From Octopus bimaculoides (taxonomy: Eukaryota), in the NCBI RefSeq assembly GCF_001194135.2, contig NC_068982.1, forward strand, positions 178,472,699 through 178,512,154: a DNA stretch of 39,456 nt, read 5' to 3'. Each line of letters starts with the position of its first letter. Position 1 is the first letter of the stretch. The position numbers and the translations under genes are program-made. Of this stretch, positions 35,567 through 39,456 are shown piece after piece. Under the pieces are notes generated by a model. That model saw only the letters and a program-made list of their open reading frames with translations, did no database searches and was not told where the DNA came from.

Positions 35567-36255
35567 ATTACTTAGATTACTTAGACTACTTAGATAAGCT
35601 TTGGCCGAAGTTGGCCCAGGCCACGTCTGCAAGAGATACACAGTCAGCTCTTGGCTACCATAGCCCATTCGAGCAGAGAGTTACTGTTTTCAGAGACATA
35701 TCCGGGTGTAGGTGGTTTGTCTGGTATTTGTTAGAGGTAATTGTCTAGGGACCGTTTGAATGCCGTGAAATCACTTTCCTCCTTTATGTGGGCTGGCACG
35801 ATGTTGAAGGTGAAATAGTTCAGTCGTAGTGTTGTGATATGACACGAACATGATTCCTGTAGTGGACGGATGGCACGGGAGCCAAGCCTCTGATGAATTC
35901 TAAAGATGATACCTATATCATTTGGGCAATGTCGATGGAATATTTCCCACATCATACAGATGATATAGCGCTCACGGCGACGTTGGAGGCTTCAATCGAT
36001 CCCAATAGTCAAAGCTTGTCATGTAATCTATTGTTTTTTTGTGATCGATCTCTGGGGAGCTTCACCTTTCATAATATTCTGTATTGTATGGGGAGACCAC
36101 AGCGGACAACAGTATTCAAGATGAGGGCGACCAAAAGTAGAGAAAAATAGATTAATGGTCTCTAGACCAGAAAGTCCTGCGGATCCAGGAGCACGCTCTG
36201 CGAGCCATGTCAACTTGTCTGTTTATCTGAGCACTCCAGCTTATTTTGTTACATA
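35567..36255 (-). mobile_element. CR1-clade LINE, 5'-truncated, with a short tandem-repeat 3' tail
   Basis: NKISWSAQINRQVDMARRACSWIRRTF; STFGRPHLEYCCPLWSPH; FDYWDRLK..LQRRRERYIICMMWEI; FNIVPAHIK..FKRSLDNYL*QIPDKP..GY..NSNSL. The tail is about three copies of a CTAAGTA-containing unit at 35567-35596. Confidence 0.9.
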
Positions 36256-37544
36256 TTACCTTGGAAGTTTTAAACGCTTGTGCTTTTGTGATCCGTATAC
36301 ATGCATTTTAACTTGTATATTCCAAATAGCGTTAACTCTTTCTGCTATTTCAAACACCGGGCTATCGAAAATGGCAAGATCTATGTAAATACACATTTCT
36401 TTATTTGTATTCTTCTGAAGATAAGCCTCTTTTGAAGCCAAAATATAAAGAGCTTTTAACACCTTCTGCATTGTTAGAATCTTTCCTTATGTCTCAGTTC
36501 ATTTATCTATTACTAATATATATATATATATATATATANNNNNNNNNNNNNNNNNNNNNNNNNNNNNNNNNNNNNNNNNNNNNNNNNNNNNNNNNNNNNN
36601 NNNNNNNNNNNNNNNNNNNNNNNNNNNNNNNNNNNNNNNNNNNNNNNNNNNNNNNNNNNNNNNNNNNNNNNNNNNNNNNNNNNNNNNNNNNNNNNNNNNN
36701 NNNNNNNNNNNNNNNNNNNNNNNNNNNNNNNNNNNNNNNNNNNNNNNNNNNNNNNNNNNNNNNNNNNNNNNNNNNNNNNNNNNNNNNNNNNNNNNNNNNN
36801 NNNNNNNNNNNNNNNNNNNNNNNNNNNNNNNNNNNNNNNNNNNNNNNNNNNNNNNNNNNNNNNNNNNNNNNNNNNNNNNNNNNNNNNNNNNNNNNNNNNN
36901 NNNNNNNNNNNNNNNNNNNNNNNNNNNNNNNNNNNNNNNNNNNNNNNNNNNNNNNNNNNNNNNNNNNNNNNNNNNNNNNNNNNNNNNNNNNNNNNNNNNN
37001 NNNNNNNNNNNNNNNNNNNNNNNNNNNNNNNNNNNNNNNNNNNNNNNNNNNNNNNNNNNNNNNNNNNNNNNNNNNNNNNNNNNNNNNNNNNNNNNNNNNN
37101 NNNNNNNNNNNNNNNNNNNNNNNNNNNNNNNNNNNNNNNNNNNNNNNNNNNNNNNNNNNNNNNNNNNNNNNNNNNNNNNNNNNNNNNNNNNNNNNNNNNN
37201 NNNNNNNNNNNNNNNNNNNNNNNNNNNNNNNNNNNNNNNNNNNNTATATAACATAAAATTTTATCCTTACTTGTGCTTAAAGTAAACAAAGTGGTTATAC
37301 CATGCGTTTTGTTTCTCTGCGTCTGTGGACAGAAAACGTGTTCACTCAAACTTGTTGCTAATCATATTGATTTATATGTTACCATATATTGTGTATGGTC
37401 CATGACAAATATACTTAACTTTTGCTTCTGTAGATGAATTTCTCGTTTTGGCGCAGGCACACCCTTTTCATGTACTAATAACCATTACATTTTTCTTTAT
37501 CTTTTTTCTGTTGATCTGCCATACCTGTTTTTGTCAGCTGTAAC

Positions 37545-37830
37545 CATGTAGTGCACACAGGAGAGATAATTATTCGTGGATCGTTGAGTTGGCTTCTCAA
37601 GTGAGAGCTCATAAGGAAGCTGAACTCCCACTTTGTACATTTTTTCAGTTCACACGAGATGCTCGGGTGAAGCTAAATATGACTATGCATTCAGTTACTG
37701 CACCAAATCTCTGGAGCTTTGATGAGAGCTTGGGGGCTGATTCGACCGTTTCTCTTAAAATATCGTCATCCAAAATGGCTTGCCTCCAAAACAAGGCGTA
37801 TCAGAAATATGTTAATCGCCATCTATAAAC
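37545..37830 (-). mobile_element. Old mariner transposase fragment (linker and second HTH to WVPHEL-like motif)
   Basis: DGD*HISDTPCFGGKP, LDDDILRETVESAPKLS and PYELSLEK in shifting frames resemble mariner GD.SLED.PRSGRP..DD.L...VE.DP.LT..WVPHELS. Confidence 0.5.
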
Positions 37831-38124
37831 TTCTGAAACCACACCTGGTATTTACTAGTTATCATTTCATCAGAATTTACTTCACAAATGTTTCTCAGTT
37901 GTAAGTTTTACATTCATTCAGTTAACAATGATGAATTTGATATTTATTGAAGTCTTTGTCTTTCTTGGGATTCAACTCCACTCTGTACTGTAAGTGCCGC
38001 ACAACCACACGAATGGTATTATAAAGAAGATGTAGACATCGTTTTTTTATCATTTCACCGACATCAAATCTTGGTTAACTCATAATTTATAACAATGAAA
38101 AAACAGAATTAACTTCCGAACACC

Positions 38125-38305
38125 TCAACGCACACATACGCACAGACACAGACGCAGATAGACGCACACACACTGACAGACAGACACACAGACACAGACA
38201 GACAGATAGACACACACACGCACGCACACAGATACACACACACACACACACGCAAGCACACAGACAGGCACAGACACAGAGGAACACACACACGCGCTCA
38301 CACAA
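38125..38305. repeat. CA/GACA compound low-complexity tract
   Basis: Directly visible. Confidence 0.92.
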
Positions 38306-38589
38306 GTACACATATGTATGCATTAATATATAAACCAACACGCCACTCTCAAGTGAATATGAATTTGTAAATTGCACCATTCTTTTATTAATTGATTTAT
38401 CTATCAATGAAGTATCGAACAGACATAGATACCTACCTTTTTGTGTTATATGTATCCATAGGAAAATATGTATATGTACTTGTGCTACTGTAAACATAAT
38501 ATTTACACACACGCACACTCATTCACATGTTCTTATGCGTAAGTATATTCTGTTTGTATGCTTATATTAGTTTAACTGTCCCCTTGAGT

Positions 38590-38620
<31 letters not shown>

Positions 38621-38851
38621 TAAAGACAAACAGACATGTATACACACACAGGCACTTGCTCGCACGTATTCATATATGTATGGGTATGGGCCTAGTTGTC
38701 TGTTTAACGGACACGTTATTCGAAAATTTGCAATTTCTAATTTTCATACCACGTTTCATATAAAAAATGTGTCCTCAGCTTTAAATCAGTTTGATAAGTG
38801 CTAGAAACAGTCAGCCTTTGAGCAACTTTTGAATAAAAAAAAAAAAAAAAG

Positions 38852-39185
38852 AATATGAGGAAAGTTGACAGAAAAAGTAGAAAGTTGTTGACAATGCATG
38901 GGGCCTACCATCCGAAAGCTGATATCAACTGGTTGTACTTCAAGAGAGACTAGAATGGAAGAGGCTTAATAGCAGTTGAAGAATGTGTACAAATGGAAAG
39001 AAAAAGACTAGTGGAATATTATCAGAACAGCACAGAAAAACTACTAAAGACAGTGAACAATGAATAGGTGATCAAACGCGTAATAAGAGAAAAAAGACAA
39101 GAATGAAATACGATAGCATGTCAGACAGATCGAAGAGAAACCACTGCATGAACACTTTTGGAGAGATGTAGCAGGATGTAGCAGG
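38852..39185 (+). mobile_element. R4/Dong-clade retrotransposon internal fragment
   Basis: KVDRKSRKLLTMHGAYHPKADINWLYFKRD*NGRGLIAVEECVQMERKRL..EKLL.., then EEKPLHEHFW. This is the same region as 23230-23500. Confidence 0.85.
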
Positions 39186-39456
39186 ATGTGTCGCAATGAA
39201 CATGTATGTGTGTGTGTATATATGTATATATGTACAAAATGAAGATTCATAACAAATCCATCTTCTCGCTGCTTAAGAAATTATTATTACAACTTACATT
39301 GAGGAGTTCCTGAAGTAGATCCAACGAAAATAAACCCCGACTGCGGATAACAACAGGTAGCTCAAACTTTGCCAGTGCTCTACTCAATACTTGAACACAC
39401 TAATTGACATGTATCCATTAGTCCAAAATATTAAATATATATATATATATGTATAT

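Larger units (their letters stand above)
516..37244. other. Assembly gaps: 516-525, 1396-1484, 11623-11657, 13174-13265, 16659-16756, 22091-22100, 29521-29530, about 29896-30011, 31461-32022, 36539-37244
   Basis: N runs, mostly flanked by (TA)n or (TG)n, as expected of a short-read assembly failing at microsatellites. Confidence 0.97.

Noticed and set aside
2825-38518. Track ORFs with poly-L, poly-R, poly-N, poly-I, HT, CV, YI or X runs
   Set aside because: They are translations of microsatellites or N-gaps with no domain content.
1-39456. TE-dense window as a uni-strand piRNA cluster
   Set aside because: Elements lie on both strands, and high TE density alone is not diagnostic. Small-RNA data would be required.

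Overview
AT-rich eukaryotic non-coding window (intergenic or deep intronic) with ten N-gaps, most flanked by (TA)n or (TG)n. I found no host exon, rRNA, tRNA gene or CRISPR array. The dense microsatellites and the SINE families suggest a cephalopod, probably Octopus; this is an inference from recalled repeat motifs, not a database result. Almost every ORF in the supplied track is a microsatellite or N-gap artefact, or a piece of a dead transposon. Hand translation across stops and frameshifts recovers two Penelope-like GIY-YIG endonuclease relics, four R4/Dong-clade RLE retrotransposon fragments plus a duplicated sub-fragment, a Hero-like fragment, and RTE and CR1 fragments. It also recovers a Tc1 transposase, mariner relics, a Helitron 3' end and eight SINE copies from several families. 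The most unusual structures are: (1) a fold-back element made of two mariner 5' halves joined head-to-head at the same codon (about 16001-16651); (2) a 196-bp, 194/196-identical inverted copy of an internal retroelement piece sharing one nonsense codon (3018-3213 vs 6513-6708); (3) two overlapping perfect zero-spacer palindromes of 24 and 50 bp lying between those copies (4731-4800); (4) a degenerate minimal hammerhead ribozyme downstream of a Penelope ORF (572-606); (5) an in-frame Hero/Helitron junction; and (6) module-shuffled SINEs. I cannot support a new gene system here; these are structural observations that need computation to confirm.
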